In this document: positions 19,844 to 30,316 of the stretch, piece by piece
Layout of the letters: every line of letters starts with the position of its first letter
Numbering within the stretch: position 1 is the first letter of the stretch
Program-made: the position numbers and the translations under genes
Notes under the pieces: generated by a model
What the model was told of the DNA's origin: nothing
What the model saw: the letters and a program-made list of their open reading frames with translations, nothing else
The model's database searches: none
NCBI GenBank assembly: GCA_964644245.1
Contig: CAZXUR010000003.1
Span: 16,585-80,584, forward strand
From: an uncultured archaeon
GTDB taxonomy: Archaea > Aenigmatarchaeota > Aenigmatarchaeia > CAZXUR01
Direction: 5' to 3'
DNA length: 64,000 nt

Positions 19844-21031
19844 ATGACTATTTGCAGCAAACTCCTGAAGGATTTCCGCCGAATCCCCAAGTCGATGAAA
19901 ATCCTGACTCTGGGCTTTTTCTTCTACGAGTTCGGCTGGGCGTTCGTGGGACCTTTCATGCCCCTCTACTTCAAATCCATAACCGTTAGTTTTACCGAGG
20001 TGGGTCTGCTGTTTGCCATCCTGCCGCTTATACACGTGTTCACTTCCATGCCTTTGGGAGAACTCTCGGACAAGATAGGTAGGAAGTGCATAATAATGTT
20101 CGCCTTCCTGAACTACATAATCATAGGACCCGTGTACGCTTTCCTCAGCAACATCTGGACACTGGTGTTGGTGCGTTTTTACAACGCTCTTACAGCCACG
20201 CTTGTGTGGGTGCCCCACGCAGCCTTCATGCGGGACCTCTCCCCAAAGAGAAAGGAGGCAGAGGTCATTGGTTACAACGTGACCATACTTAAGGTAGCCG
20301 GAATCGCAGGAAACATCATAGGAGCGTTCCTGCTCTTTTATTGGCTGGAGGACATCTCGTTGATGTTCCTGGCCCTTCCTGTGACTTCCCTTATGGCTTT
20401 CTTGGTGGTGTCCAAAGTTCCGGAGACGGTCAAGAAGAGAGTGGGTCTGGGGAAAGGTCTGAGAGAGGTGGAGAAGGATGGCTTCAAGAAGTTCAAGGAA
20501 GAACTCAGGGACAAGAGGCTGGCTCTGATTGCTTTTCTAAACACCTACGGTATTTCCACTGTGGGCATGGTCCTCGCTTTATTCGCAAGGAGCATGGGAG
20601 CAAACCTCCTGGAGATAGGACTCATATACGCCGTTTACAAACTGCCCTTCACCGTCCAGTTCGTGACCGGAGACCTGGCCGACCGCTACGGGGACAAGAA
20701 GATGCTGGTGTTGGGAACCAGTCTCACGACTGTGTTCTTCTTCCTGCTCTATTCAGTTACTCACATAGCAACTTTATTCGTCATAACCCTGTTCATCGCA
20801 CTGGGTGTCTCAATCGTCTCCCCGGTACTGGGCGCTTACATAACCGGCCTGGGAAGGGGGCATGAGGGAGAGACGTCCGGATTCTACAATTCCGTGACTT
20901 CCGTGGCAGCTTTCATCGCTCCCATAACTGCGGGGGTGCTGTCAGACCTGTTCTCGCTGAATGTCCCTTTCCTGGTCTGCTCGATGATGTTCTTTGTCGC
21001 CACTTGCGTGGCTCTTACCTTCAAAAATTAA
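19844..21031 (+). CDS. MFS transporter
   Basis: About 12 TM segments; GELSDKIGRK and GDLADRYGDK motif A. Confidence 0.92.
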   Translation: MTICSKLLKDFRRIPKSMKILTLGFFFYEFGWAFVGPFMPLYFKSITVSFTEVGLLFAILPLIHVFTSMPLGELSDKIGRKCIIMFAFLNYIIIGPVYAFLSNIWTLVLVRFYNALTATLVWVPHAAFMRDLSPKRKEAEVIGYNVTILKVAGIAGNIIGAFLLFYWLEDISLMFLALPVTSLMAFLVVSKVPETVKKRVGLGKGLREVEKDGFKKFKEELRDKRLALIAFLNTYGISTVGMVLALFARSMGANLLEIGLIYAVYKLPFTVQFVTGDLADRYGDKKMLVLGTSLTTVFFFLLYSVTHIATLFVITLFIALGVSIVSPVLGAYITGLGRGHEGETSGFYNSVTSVAAFIAPITAGVLSDLFSLNVPFLVCSMMFFVATCVALTFKN

Positions 21032-21060
21032 TTTTTAAATGTTTCCTTCAGACTTGAGAC

Positions 21061-21801
21061 ATGTTTGGAGAAAAGGAAGAGAAGACACGCATAGAGGTGG
21101 ACTCGGATGAACTGCCGTATAGCGTTATGTTTAATGTAGAGGATGCAGGCGACAACTATTCGTTGTCCGTATGTTCTTCCCAGCACTTCAATGACCGGTT
21201 CAGCAAGTGGTTGCCGATAAGAGTGCCGAAGGACGAAGACTTGAAGTCTTATGTGGTAAAAGAGTTCAAGGAGAGAATACTCCCGGAGTATTACCAGGAG
21301 CAAGAGACCAGTGACAGCAGGAAAAAACTCCATCAAAGGCTTGTCGAGGAAGCAAACGGGAGAGTACTTGACATGGGTTGCGGTTCCGGTGAACTGGCTG
21401 AATTATTGGAAAAAAGAGGTCACCAAGTGCTATGTCTGGACATAAACAAGAAACTTCTCAGACAGGCATCTGACAGTGGCAAGACATCCATACTCGCTTC
21501 GTCCGAGAGACTCCCTTTCAAGGACCATGCGATGGAAGGGGCCACCAACCTGGCGTCCGTGTCCCTGTATTACACGGACTGGGAAAGTGTTTTTGGTGAG
21601 GTTGAGAGAGTCGGTGGCGATTTTCTCATAGCACCCAACAACCTGGACCTCTGGTTCAATTACAAGAAGAAACTGAAGGACAAGGGCTATCAGGTAAAGG
21701 GCTCTTACCGGACACCTTATTGGTTAAAAGCAACTAAAAGAGAGAAAGAAGACCGAGGCTCAGTACTGTCACGATTGTCCCAGCGATTAAATTTCCTATG
21801 A
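21061..21801 (+). CDS. class I SAM-dependent methyltransferase with N-terminal extension
   Basis: VLDMGCGSG, CLDIN, ERLPF. Confidence 0.75.
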   Translation: MFGEKEEKTRIEVDSDELPYSVMFNVEDAGDNYSLSVCSSQHFNDRFSKWLPIRVPKDEDLKSYVVKEFKERILPEYYQEQETSDSRKKLHQRLVEEANGRVLDMGCGSGELAELLEKRGHQVLCLDINKKLLRQASDSGKTSILASSERLPFKDHAMEGATNLASVSLYYTDWESVFGEVERVGGDFLIAPNNLDLWFNYKKKLKDKGYQVKGSYRTPYWLKATKREKEDRGSVLSRLSQRLNFL

Positions 21802-22177
21802 ACGCCGCAAGCAGAGTCTCCCTTTTTCTCATGCCTATGAACCAGGCCACCAGAGTGCCCGACCAGACCCCGCTGCCCGGAAGGGGTATTCCTATGAACA
21901 GTGATACGCCCAATAGTCCGTACTTGTCTGCGTAAGACTGGCCCTTGGCCTGGGTTCTTTCCACTAATCTGCGTATGAGACTGAATCGCTGGAAGAACTG
22001 CCTGTATGTCAGGGACAGCGCTACGTACAGGGGCAGTGCAAGCAATGTGTTGACGGTGACCACGAACAGGAACAGGGGAACGATGTCAAGTCCCATGGAC
22101 AGTCCTATGGGTATGGACGCACGAAGCTCTATCCAAGGGACGAGAGTTATGAGCAGTACGTACAGCCAGTTATCCAT
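21734..22177 (-). CDS. COG2426 small multidrug export-like membrane protein
   Basis: PWIELRASIP, FIGIPLPGSGVWSG. Confidence 0.9.
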   Translation of the reverse strand: MDNWLYVLLITLVPWIELRASIPIGLSMGLDIVPLFLFVVTVNTLLALPLYVALSLTYRQFFQRFSLIRRLVERTQAKGQSYADKYGLLGVSLFIGIPLPGSGVWSGTLVAWFIGMRKRETLLAAFIGNLIAGTIVTVLSLGLLSLF

Positions 22178-22207
22178 ACTAAGAATTGGAAAGGGTGTTT
22201 ATATCTT

Positions 22208-23029
22208 TTAGTTGGCCTTGAGTTTTTTTGCGTTGGACCACACCAGATTGAACAGAGGTTCTAGCACTTCTGAGGAGGCATGGTCGCTCTCGGTCCAGAA
22301 AGAGAGTTCCTGGGTGGGGTGTGTGGTACTGTCCCGGGTCAGTGCAAACACGAACTCGTTGCCGTCCACTATGGCCATCCTGCCAGTGGGCAAGGACTTG
22401 TTAGAGACGTCCCTCACGTCTGCGAAAGCCGCCAGTTCCTGTGCGACCTTGCGGTTGTTTTCGTTGATGGGAGCGGCTATCTTCAGGTTTACCCCTGATT
22501 TGGATTTGTCCTTCAAGTTCTTGTAGTAGTTCTTGTAGAGTTCGACCAGTCCCACGTCCGTGGTAAATAACTTGATGTTCTTCTCTGCCTTGTTGAACAT
22601 CATGTTCATCTGCTGGAGGAGTGCCGGCCTTCCTTTCAGGGCTCCGGTCAACTCGTTCAACTTGTTAACAGAAACACCTTCCTTGTACAGGGATTCCATC
22701 TCCTCGATTTTCTCTGACTCCTTCAGTTCTTCTATCCTTTCTATCATCTCGTCCGTTTCATTCTGTAGGTTCTTGGCCTGCCTTGACAGCGCCTCCTTGG
22801 GAGGGACAACCACGTACTTGATGGGCTTTCCGGGCTGCACGATCACGAAACCCCTTTCAGCCAGTGATTCGAGCACATCGTAACACCGGCTCCTCGGAAC
22901 TCCGGATATTTCCGCAAGCTCACCGGCCGTGGAAGTTTTCCTGGACAGAAGAGCTACGAATAATTTTCTCTCGTATTGATTGAGACCAATAGTCTTCAAG
23001 GCATCCATTACTTTAGGACTAGCAAGCAT
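22208..23029 (-). CDS. TrmB family transcriptional regulator
   Basis: IGLNQYE, ELAEISGVPRSRCYDVLESL HTH. Confidence 0.92.
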   Translation of the reverse strand: MLASPKVMDALKTIGLNQYERKLFVALLSRKTSTAGELAEISGVPRSRCYDVLESLAERGFVIVQPGKPIKYVVVPPKEALSRQAKNLQNETDEMIERIEELKESEKIEEMESLYKEGVSVNKLNELTGALKGRPALLQQMNMMFNKAEKNIKLFTTDVGLVELYKNYYKNLKDKSKSGVNLKIAAPINENNRKVAQELAAFADVRDVSNKSLPTGRMAIVDGNEFVFALTRDSTTHPTQELSFWTESDHASSEVLEPLFNLVWSNAKKLKAN

Positions 23030-23172
23030 TACACCTCACCGGTAGCAACTATACCTAATATGGTTTTTAGGTTTATATAGTTTTCACACCTTTTGTCCAC
23101 TCTGTGTAATTCATCTGTTATGGGGGACGTTTCCATTTTTAAAATTTGAAAACTAGTAGGGTTTGTGGTTGT

Positions 23173-23643
23173 GTGGCAGCGAAAAAAGGGAACGGAGAGA
23201 GACCTTCACTGGACGAATACTTTATGAGAATAGCAAGTGTGGTTTCCAAGCGCTCTACTTGTCTGAGACGTAAGGTGGGAGCGGTCCTGGTCAAGGACAA
23301 GCGTATAATCGCCACCGGCTACAACGGTGCTCCCCGTGACCATCCGCACTGCCTGGACATCGGTTGCCTGAGGGACGAGAGGAACATAAAGTCCGGCACC
23401 CATCATGAAATCTGCCGGGCGGTCCATGCCGAGATGAACACCATCATTCAGGCAGCCATACACGGCACGTCTACAGAAGGCACCACTCTCTACTGCACAC
23501 ACTTCCCCTGCATACTATGCACAAAAGCCCTGATAAACGCAGGAATTAAGGAAATAGTGTTCGGGGAGAGTTATCCAGACAAGGACTCCATGGGTTACTT
23601 GCAAAAGGCCGGGGTTAAAGTCAGGAAGTTCAGTAAGGTTTAG
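23173..23643 (+). CDS. dCMP deaminase
   Basis: [26 protein letters not shown]; start codon uncertain. Confidence 0.9.
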   Translation: MAAKKGNGERPSLDEYFMRIASVVSKRSTCLRRKVGAVLVKDKRIIATGYNGAPRDHPHCLDIGCLRDERNIKSGTHHEICRAVHAEMNTIIQAAIHGTSTEGTTLYCTHFPCILCTKALINAGIKEIVFGESYPDKDSMGYLQKAGVKVRKFSKV

Positions 23644-24551
23644 ATTTGCTTTTCTTCCATAAGTTTTTTTCTTCCTTTCTCCAGGTAATGGTCAACCCTC
23701 GACTCCTCCCAGACCTTCTCTTCCATGGGTCTTGACTTCGCGGTCTTGAGGAATCTCTCGTACATCTCAAAGTCCCTCCCATACCCATGATAAGAGTCAG
23801 AATCGTCCACCATTTGCCCTACCTTTACCTCTTCTCCTATGTTCTCGGAAATCCTTTCAGCGATTTCCCTCTCCAGTTCTTTTGTGCCCCAGAGGTTCAT
23901 GAATGCAGCCTTCAAAGCGTCCCTGGACCTCCAAGAAGTGTTCATGTTCAGTACCGGCCTTTCTTTATAGTCCCTGAATATCCGGCACCATACCCTCTGC
24001 AAACACGGGGGGAAATCGGTCTTGGGGTCTGCGGTGGGCATCCATGTGGTCGCCTGAGCTCTTCTGCTGTATCCGGATTTGGACAGTTTGTCGACTATGT
24101 AGTCTATCTGGTTCACTGGTTTGAAAATCTTTTTAGTTAAGTATCTCGACAGCTTGCTTGACAGCTTGCCTAAGGTACTGCTCTTTGTAGTCAAATCTTT
24201 CTCTGGAGAGTAATCCTTCAGTCTCTGGTGGTAGGTATACGGCCACTTGCCCTCTTCGGGTTTTATCTCCCAATCCTTCGTACCTTCCACGAACTCCTGC
24301 CTGTATTCTTCCAGCACTTCGGGAGTATAACCTATCATACCCATCTTGTGCACGCGGGGCTTGCTCAAAGGCTCGTCTATCACCATTATCATCTTGCAAT
24401 CCTTGCTGGGCGGGTCCTCCGGCTTGTCGTGCTCGGTCTTTATCCTTGTTCCCTTCTCCCAGAGGAGCATCAGAGACTTTTCCCAGGTATCTGGCAACCC
24501 TTTACCGCGGGCGACTAGAACTGGTATGTTCCCGTCGAATTTTTCAGGCAT
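23640..24551 (-). CDS. thyA: archaeal-type thymidylate synthase family protein
   Basis: [36 protein letters not shown]. Confidence 0.85.
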   Translation of the reverse strand: MPEKFDGNIPVLVARGKGLPDTWEKSLMLLWEKGTRIKTEHDKPEDPPSKDCKMIMVIDEPLSKPRVHKMGMIGYTPEVLEEYRQEFVEGTKDWEIKPEEGKWPYTYHQRLKDYSPEKDLTTKSSTLGKLSSKLSRYLTKKIFKPVNQIDYIVDKLSKSGYSRRAQATTWMPTADPKTDFPPCLQRVWCRIFRDYKERPVLNMNTSWRSRDALKAAFMNLWGTKELEREIAERISENIGEEVKVGQMVDDSDSYHGYGRDFEMYERFLKTAKSRPMEEKVWEESRVDHYLEKGRKKLMEEKQI

Positions 24552-24600
24552 ATTACTGATTGTCCTGAAATTATTTAAAATTGCAAAACAAAATAAGAAA

Positions 24601-25182
24601 ATGTTTCTGGTCTTTGAAGGCATGGACGGCTGTGGGAAGACCACCCAGATGAATTTGGTTTCTCAATACTATTTTAACCAGAGGAGAGACGTATTCCTGA
24701 CCAGAGAGCCTTCCAACGGTCCTTACGGAAAGAAGGTCCGAAAGAAGTTTTTGAATCAGAAGAATCCAATGTCCCACGGAGAAGAGATGTTAGGACTGTT
24801 CGTCAAGGACAGGGACTGGCACATGGAAAAGGTCATACAACCGGCCCTTGAACTGGGTTGTGAGGTCCTCTGTGACCGCTACTACCATTCGAACATTGCT
24901 TACCAGGCCACACAGGGACTTGATATCCACAAAGTGATAGACGCGAACCAGAGGTTTCGCAGCCCTGACTTGGTCCTCCTATATGACCTCCCTGCCAAGA
25001 CCGCCATAGAAAGAATGGGAAAAAGAGGACGGAAGACAAAGTTTGAGAAGATAGAATTCATGGAAAATCTGAGGAAAAACTTCCTTCGTCTCCCCGAACT
25101 TCTTGACGACAACATCAATGTCATAGACGCTTCCCTGGATATAACTTCAGTGCACGAAACAACTCTCAAAGAACTAGAATAA
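24601..25182 (+). CDS. tmk: thymidylate kinase
   Basis: FEGMDGCGKTTQ, TREP, CDRYYHSNIAYQ. Confidence 0.95.
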   Translation: MFLVFEGMDGCGKTTQMNLVSQYYFNQRRDVFLTREPSNGPYGKKVRKKFLNQKNPMSHGEEMLGLFVKDRDWHMEKVIQPALELGCEVLCDRYYHSNIAYQATQGLDIHKVIDANQRFRSPDLVLLYDLPAKTAIERMGKRGRKTKFEKIEFMENLRKNFLRLPELLDDNINVIDASLDITSVHETTLKELE

Positions 25183-26361
25183 CTTCTTGTACCAGGGCCT
25201 TTGTTTTTTCTTCTCCTTTTCTTTCTCTATCTTCTTAGCAGTCTTCATCGCCTGCTTCTTGACTTTCTTCAATTTCTTGGACCCTTTGGGCACTCCTGAA
25301 GAGTTTCCTATGCCGGCTATCAGCACCGGAGACTTAGCGTCCTCCAAAGACCTGGAAATGGCTCTCTTGACTTCTGGTATTGATTCTATCACTCCTTTGG
25401 GCATGGGAACTATGGCTTCGTCAAAACCCACGTTCACTCCTATCACGTCCAAAGGAATCTTCTTTTCCAGGACGAAATTTTCTATCATCTCTCTCTGAGG
25501 GTTCGGACCGCCCATGGCAAATCCCACACCTTCCACCACCGACCCGGTCTTTTCTCCTTCCAGTTTTCCCTTTGCGTCTATAGTTATTATCTTCTTGAAC
25601 TTCCTGTTCTTGGACAACTTCTTCAGAGCCTCGTCCACACGTCCCAGTCTGGGTCCCGGACCATCAGCCCTGATGATGTGACAGTTCACCCCTTCAATCT
25701 TTTTCTTCGCATAAATAACATCTTCAGCGATTTCCTTGGTCTTGGCGTCACCCATGAGGTCTGCTGCCACCAGGGGTCCTATGGAGTCTCCCACCGGCTT
25801 TCCATCCACGAATGATTCCACGCCTTTGTACTGGCTCTTGGCCAGTTTTTCTATCAGGGGCATCTGCATCTGTAGCATAAGCGCGAGCTGCAGGTTATTC
25901 AGTTTCTTGACCATCTCCACGTTGTGGCGCACGATTTTGGCAAACATGTGCACGGAAATGGCGGCTCGCATCCCATAGTTTATCTTTTGCTTTTCTTCCT
26001 GCCCCTTCTTGCTGACCGAGTCAACAAACCTCTCAAACCGGTGCTCCATGTTCCTGATTATCTGGTCCGTACGGTAGACCAGCCCTTGTGGGTCTATGTT
26101 AGAGGGCTCCACCACGAAGAACTCTGAGAACCGGTCAACCTCTCCTATCAGTTTCTTGGAAGGGTTTTTGGTAATTTTTTTAGCAACAACCTTCTTCCCT
26201 TTTTTGGACAGATTCTCCAACTTTAGCGCTGACTTTTCCAGTTTCATGAGCATTTGCTTCAGCATCAGTTTTGGATAAACGAACATGAGCACGAAGAACA
26301 TACCGAACCATATAACAGTTCCCCATATTCCATCCTGGCCAAGCTGTTGAAGCAAGAACAT
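25174..26361 (-). CDS. DUF1512 family protein
   Basis: PVGDSIGPLVA, IDAKGKLEGEKTG.V.EGVGFAMGG, GIGNS. Confidence 0.85.
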   Translation of the reverse strand: MFLLQQLGQDGIWGTVIWFGMFFVLMFVYPKLMLKQMLMKLEKSALKLENLSKKGKKVVAKKITKNPSKKLIGEVDRFSEFFVVEPSNIDPQGLVYRTDQIIRNMEHRFERFVDSVSKKGQEEKQKINYGMRAAISVHMFAKIVRHNVEMVKKLNNLQLALMLQMQMPLIEKLAKSQYKGVESFVDGKPVGDSIGPLVAADLMGDAKTKEIAEDVIYAKKKIEGVNCHIIRADGPGPRLGRVDEALKKLSKNRKFKKIITIDAKGKLEGEKTGSVVEGVGFAMGGPNPQREMIENFVLEKKIPLDVIGVNVGFDEAIVPMPKGVIESIPEVKRAISRSLEDAKSPVLIAGIGNSSGVPKGSKKLKKVKKQAMKTAKKIEKEKEKKKQRPWYKKLF

Positions 26362-26442
26362 GTTAACACATCATTAATTATGCTTATAGTTTATATAATT
26401 TGGTGGGCGAAACTATAAATAATCTTCTGAAATAGTAAAACT

Positions 26443-27081
26443 ATGCTTGGATGGAGATTCCTTACCGTGGTGTTCGTATCATTTGTGGTCTTAGCCGGAA
26501 GTCTGGTGTCTGACGTGGGGGTCAAAGAATTGTTGTTCTCATTTTCCGAAGGCATCACTGGGTTCGTCGGCTACGAGGGCTCGCCCCTGGCCAGGAACGT
26601 TGATTTCAAGGCGGAACTTTCCCTGGAGGATTACGAACTGCTCACGGAGCTTACGAACGTAAGTTTGCGGGGAGAACCTTTCCAGATATCGCTGGATACC
26701 AAGCCAAAACAGACGGTCAAGACCTCGGGTCAGGCCCATCTCTTTGAGTTCAAGGGAGAAATCATATTCAAGTCGGGAACGGCGGCTTTGGAAGGCACAG
26801 TCAAAGGCCTGGAGAACATAAACTATGAGAAACCTATCAAGATGAAAAGCACCGGATTCGTCTATCAGTCAGTCTCCCTAGACACACTGACCTTTTCCGA
26901 GTTCAAGAGAGAGACTGTGGGAAGTCTTTCTACACAGAACCTGAATTACTCGATCAACGGGACGGTGGAAATACACGGCTTCAGGGGAGAGGCTGAGTTT
27001 AGGCCTGGTTTGCTGCTCCTTGACGGCAAGGCCAACCGGATTCTTTCTTCCGGAGGACAGAAGTTCTCACTGCTCAGCTGA
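26443..27081 (+). CDS. hypothetical secreted or membrane-anchored protein
   Basis: N-terminal hydrophobic segment followed by ITGFV. Confidence 0.65.
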   Translation: MLGWRFLTVVFVSFVVLAGSLVSDVGVKELLFSFSEGITGFVGYEGSPLARNVDFKAELSLEDYELLTELTNVSLRGEPFQISLDTKPKQTVKTSGQAHLFEFKGEIIFKSGTAALEGTVKGLENINYEKPIKMKSTGFVYQSVSLDTLTFSEFKRETVGSLSTQNLNYSINGTVEIHGFRGEAEFRPGLLLLDGKANRILSSGGQKFSLLS

Positions 27082-27082
27082 T

Positions 27083-27907
27083 TCAGGGCAGTAAAGTCCT
27101 CACTCCTCCGTACACGAACGCACCACCCAGTCCCAGATAAGCAATAGTCCTGAACAGATAGTCTATGCGTCCCGGACTCTTCCTCACCAGTTTCAACAGC
27201 TTCTTCCCCGTGGCTCCACGGAATCTTCCCTTGCTGTCCAAGAACTTCAGTACGTCAAAGTAGGAAAGGCGCAATCGGAGTGTGTACCAGTCAACCAGTG
27301 TGGGTATGGGATAGTATCGTGTGAAGAGTTTTGTGTTTCCCTTGCGTATAGCTTTGAGGACCTCGTCCACGTCAGTCATCCCGTAGGGAACGTAGGTGAG
27401 TCCGTGACCGAGCATTTCCAGGCAGTGGGCATCAGAGCCGGTTACCGTGGGCATTTTGTTCTTCTTCGCGAACCTCTTGGCCTTCCAGTTGGATATTCTC
27501 TCCAGGTTGAGGGGACTGAAAACCTCTATGGCATCGCATAGGTCTGACTTGGAACGTATGCCCTTTCCGTATATGTCAAACGGGTGGCAGGCCACTGCGA
27601 TTCCTCCCTGGTCGTGTATACTGTCGATGGTCTCTTCCACCGACAGTTTCATGGGTATTTCCTCCTGCACTCCCAGTCCTATGACGTGCTTTTCCTTGCC
27701 GTGGTCATCTGCGCTCACCTCTATGCCCGGTATGATCAGCAGGTCCTTTGACTTCAGTTTGGTCAGGTGGTTGTGGTCGGTTATAGCCAGACCTTCCACC
27801 CCCATCTTTAGTGCCTGCTTTGCCATGTTCTTGGGAGAATCAAGACCTTCCCAGGGTATCCTGGTGCCTCTCGAGTACCAGGTGTGACAGTGCAATTCCA
27901 GTAGCAT
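27083..27907 (-). CDS. PHP domain phosphoesterase
   Basis: LHCHT, AITDHN, GIEVS, CHPF, GSDAH. Confidence 0.92.
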   Translation of the reverse strand: MLLELHCHTWYSRGTRIPWEGLDSPKNMAKQALKMGVEGLAITDHNHLTKLKSKDLLIIPGIEVSADDHGKEKHVIGLGVQEEIPMKLSVEETIDSIHDQGGIAVACHPFDIYGKGIRSKSDLCDAIEVFSPLNLERISNWKAKRFAKKNKMPTVTGSDAHCLEMLGHGLTYVPYGMTDVDEVLKAIRKGNTKLFTRYYPIPTLVDWYTLRLRLSYFDVLKFLDSKGRFRGATGKKLLKLVRKSPGRIDYLFRTIAYLGLGGAFVYGGVRTLLP

Positions 27908-27930
27908 AGAACTAGTTTGCGGACAAGTTT

Positions 27931-28539
27931 TTAAGCTTTAGACTCACGTTTGTAGAGCATTTTGGGCCTCTTCTGGGCCTTGAGCACTATCAGCTCCTCC
28001 CAGGGCATTTTCTTCCTCGAGACTACTTCCACCATCATGTCTCCGAACAGTTCTTTGACCTCCCCTTCCCCGGTAAGAGATGAGAAAACCACAAAGACCT
28101 TTCCCAAGTCGTTCAGATGCTCCTGGCACTTATAGGCGAACTGGGATATCACTTTCCGGCCTGTGGTGCCGCCTGACCAGATTTTGTCCTCCCCTTTCAC
28201 CGGCAGGTAGGGAGGGTTGAAGATGATGTAGTCGAAGGAGCCGGATACGTTCGAGAACAGGTTGGACTGCACGGTTTCTGCCTCGAGACCGAGTTTTTTG
28301 AGGTTGTGCTCGGTGTTTTTAACTGCTGCCGAGTCGATGTCAGCCGCGGTTACTTCACCACGTCCGGACATGAGAACCGTGAGAAAGCCGCATCCGCACC
28401 CCATGTCCAGTATCTTTCCGCTCACTGGCTCTTTGCTGACCGCCCTTGCCAGCAGTACGGAATCCTCCCTGGGGTAATAGACTCCCGAAGAAACGTCCAT
28501 CTCTATTCTCTTTCCTTTTTGGGTAAAGGAGAACTTCAT
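27931..28539 (-). CDS. HemK2/MTQ2-like protein methyltransferase
   Basis: VYYPREDS, LDMGCGCG, FNPPYLP. Confidence 0.88.
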   Translation of the reverse strand: MKFSFTQKGKRIEMDVSSGVYYPREDSVLLARAVSKEPVSGKILDMGCGCGFLTVLMSGRGEVTAADIDSAAVKNTEHNLKKLGLEAETVQSNLFSNVSGSFDYIIFNPPYLPVKGEDKIWSGGTTGRKVISQFAYKCQEHLNDLGKVFVVFSSLTGEGEVKELFGDMMVEVVSRKKMPWEELIVLKAQKRPKMLYKRESKA

Positions 28540-28622
28540 GCTATAATATTGTTCAAAAAAGATAAAAAACCGTCTCATACCTTTATATTTTTGTTTGAGT
28601 ATAATTATGCCAGAAGGTCCTT

Positions 28623-30284
28623 ATGTCAGTTGATGAATTAATCAGAAAGAAAGTCCTCCTGAACGCAGTCACTTTTAAAGGAAAGGCTAAAATAAAGTCT
28701 GTAATGGGCAAAATATTGTCTGAAAAGCCTGAAATGCGCTCCCAAGTGCAAATTCTCAGGAGCAAGGTCAGCAAAGAGGTCGAGAAGGTCAACAAGATGT
28801 CCTTGAGTGACCAGAAGAAGGAATTGAAAGAACTGGGGGGTGTGGTGAAGAGGAGGCGGAAGAAGCAGGAGAAGAAATTGCCGCCACTGCACAACGTGAA
28901 GGGAGACGTGGTACTCAGGTTTGCTCCCAATCCCAACACCCCGCTGCACATAGGCCACGCGCGTCAGGCAGTACTCAACTGGTTTTACAAGAAGAAGTAC
29001 CACGGTACCTACATACTCAGGTACGACGACACCGACCCCAAGAGGAAGGTGCCGCTTAAAGAGGCCTATGACATGATACTGGAAGAGCTGGAGTGGCTGG
29101 GGATAAAGCCCGACCGTGTGGAAAGAGCGTCCAAGAGGCTGAAAACCTACTACAAATATTTCGAAGACCTGATAAAGGAGGGACATGTCTATGTTTGCAC
29201 ATGCGAACCGGAGAAATGGAGGAGTCTTAAAGAGGACGAAAAGCCTTGCCCCTGCCGGGGAGAGTCTCCCAGGAAGCAGATGAACAAGTGGAAGAAGATG
29301 AAGAAGCACAAGTTCAAGGAACGTGAGGCCATAGGCGTGGTCAAGACCGACCTGGAGGAAAATAATCCTGCTATCAGGGAATGGGTGGCATTCCGCATAG
29401 TCGACAAACCCAAGCACCCGTTCGTGAAGAGGAAGTACGTGTGGCCCACACTCAACTTCCAGTCAGCCATAGACGACCACGAGTTCGGGATTACGCACGT
29501 AATAAGGGGGACGGACCTCAAGGACTCAGAGGACAAGCAGGAATATCTCTACGAATACTTGGGATGGGACATGCCCGAGACCATGTACTGCGGGATGTTC
29601 GCCCTGGGCGGAGTTGAGATGTCCTCAAGCATCATAAAAAGAGGAATTGAGGACAAGAAGTTCAGGGGATGGCACGATCCCAGGCTGGGAACACTGGAAG
29701 CCCTCAAGAAGAGGGGATTCTCTCCCAAGGCTATAAGAGAACTGATCAGGTATATAGGTCCTAAACCACAGGACATAACCATTTCAGAAGAGAACCTCTA
29801 CGCCTACAACCGAAAGGAGATAGACTTCACTTCCAACCGTTACTTCTTCGTGGAAAACCCGGTGAAGATAAAGGTGAAGAAGCCTCCCAAGAAGGGCCGT
29901 GTGAGGCTGCCTTTGCATCCGGATGACAAGGGCAGGGGGACCAGGAAGCTTTCGGTCAGCACGTCCTTCTACATCTCCAAAAAAGACTTCCAGCGTCTCA
30001 AGGGAGTGGAGATAAGGCTGAAGGAACTGTACAACATCCGTCTGGGAAAGACATCCAAGTACACTTCCAAGAAACTCAAGAACATACCCAAGATACACTG
30101 GGTGCCCCTGAAGCATGTTGACATGCAGGTGGTGATGCCGGACGCATCAAAAGCCAGGGGATACGGGGAGATTGACCTGAAGAAGACCAATCCTGACGAT
30201 GTGCTTCAGCTGGAAAGGTTCGGTTTCGTGAGAATAGACTCGGTAAGGAAGAACAAGGTAGTCGCCTACTTCACACACCCTTAA
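28623..30284 (+). CDS. gltX: glutamate--tRNA ligase
   Basis: RFAPNPN..LHIGH, YDDTDP, THVIRG, LERFGF. Confidence 0.96.
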   Translation: MSVDELIRKKVLLNAVTFKGKAKIKSVMGKILSEKPEMRSQVQILRSKVSKEVEKVNKMSLSDQKKELKELGGVVKRRRKKQEKKLPPLHNVKGDVVLRFAPNPNTPLHIGHARQAVLNWFYKKKYHGTYILRYDDTDPKRKVPLKEAYDMILEELEWLGIKPDRVERASKRLKTYYKYFEDLIKEGHVYVCTCEPEKWRSLKEDEKPCPCRGESPRKQMNKWKKMKKHKFKEREAIGVVKTDLEENNPAIREWVAFRIVDKPKHPFVKRKYVWPTLNFQSAIDDHEFGITHVIRGTDLKDSEDKQEYLYEYLGWDMPETMYCGMFALGGVEMSSSIIKRGIEDKKFRGWHDPRLGTLEALKKRGFSPKAIRELIRYIGPKPQDITISEENLYAYNRKEIDFTSNRYFFVENPVKIKVKKPPKKGRVRLPLHPDDKGRGTRKLSVSTSFYISKKDFQRLKGVEIRLKELYNIRLGKTSKYTSKKLKNIPKIHWVPLKHVDMQVVMPDASKARGYGEIDLKKTNPDDVLQLERFGFVRIDSVRKNKVVAYFTHP

Positions 30285-30316
30285 AACTTCTTATATCCGC
30301 ATCCATAATCTATTCC

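Noticed and set aside
23141..23152. 12-nt match AAAATTTGAAAA to the reverse complement of array unit 2
   Set aside because: Low-complexity AT-rich sequence; a chance match is likely.
23173..23643. Deaminase as a TadA-like A34 editor for tRNA-Pro(AGG)
   Set aside because: Its motifs (RSTC.RR.VGA, TGYNG) and position beside thyA and tmk fit dCMP deaminase.
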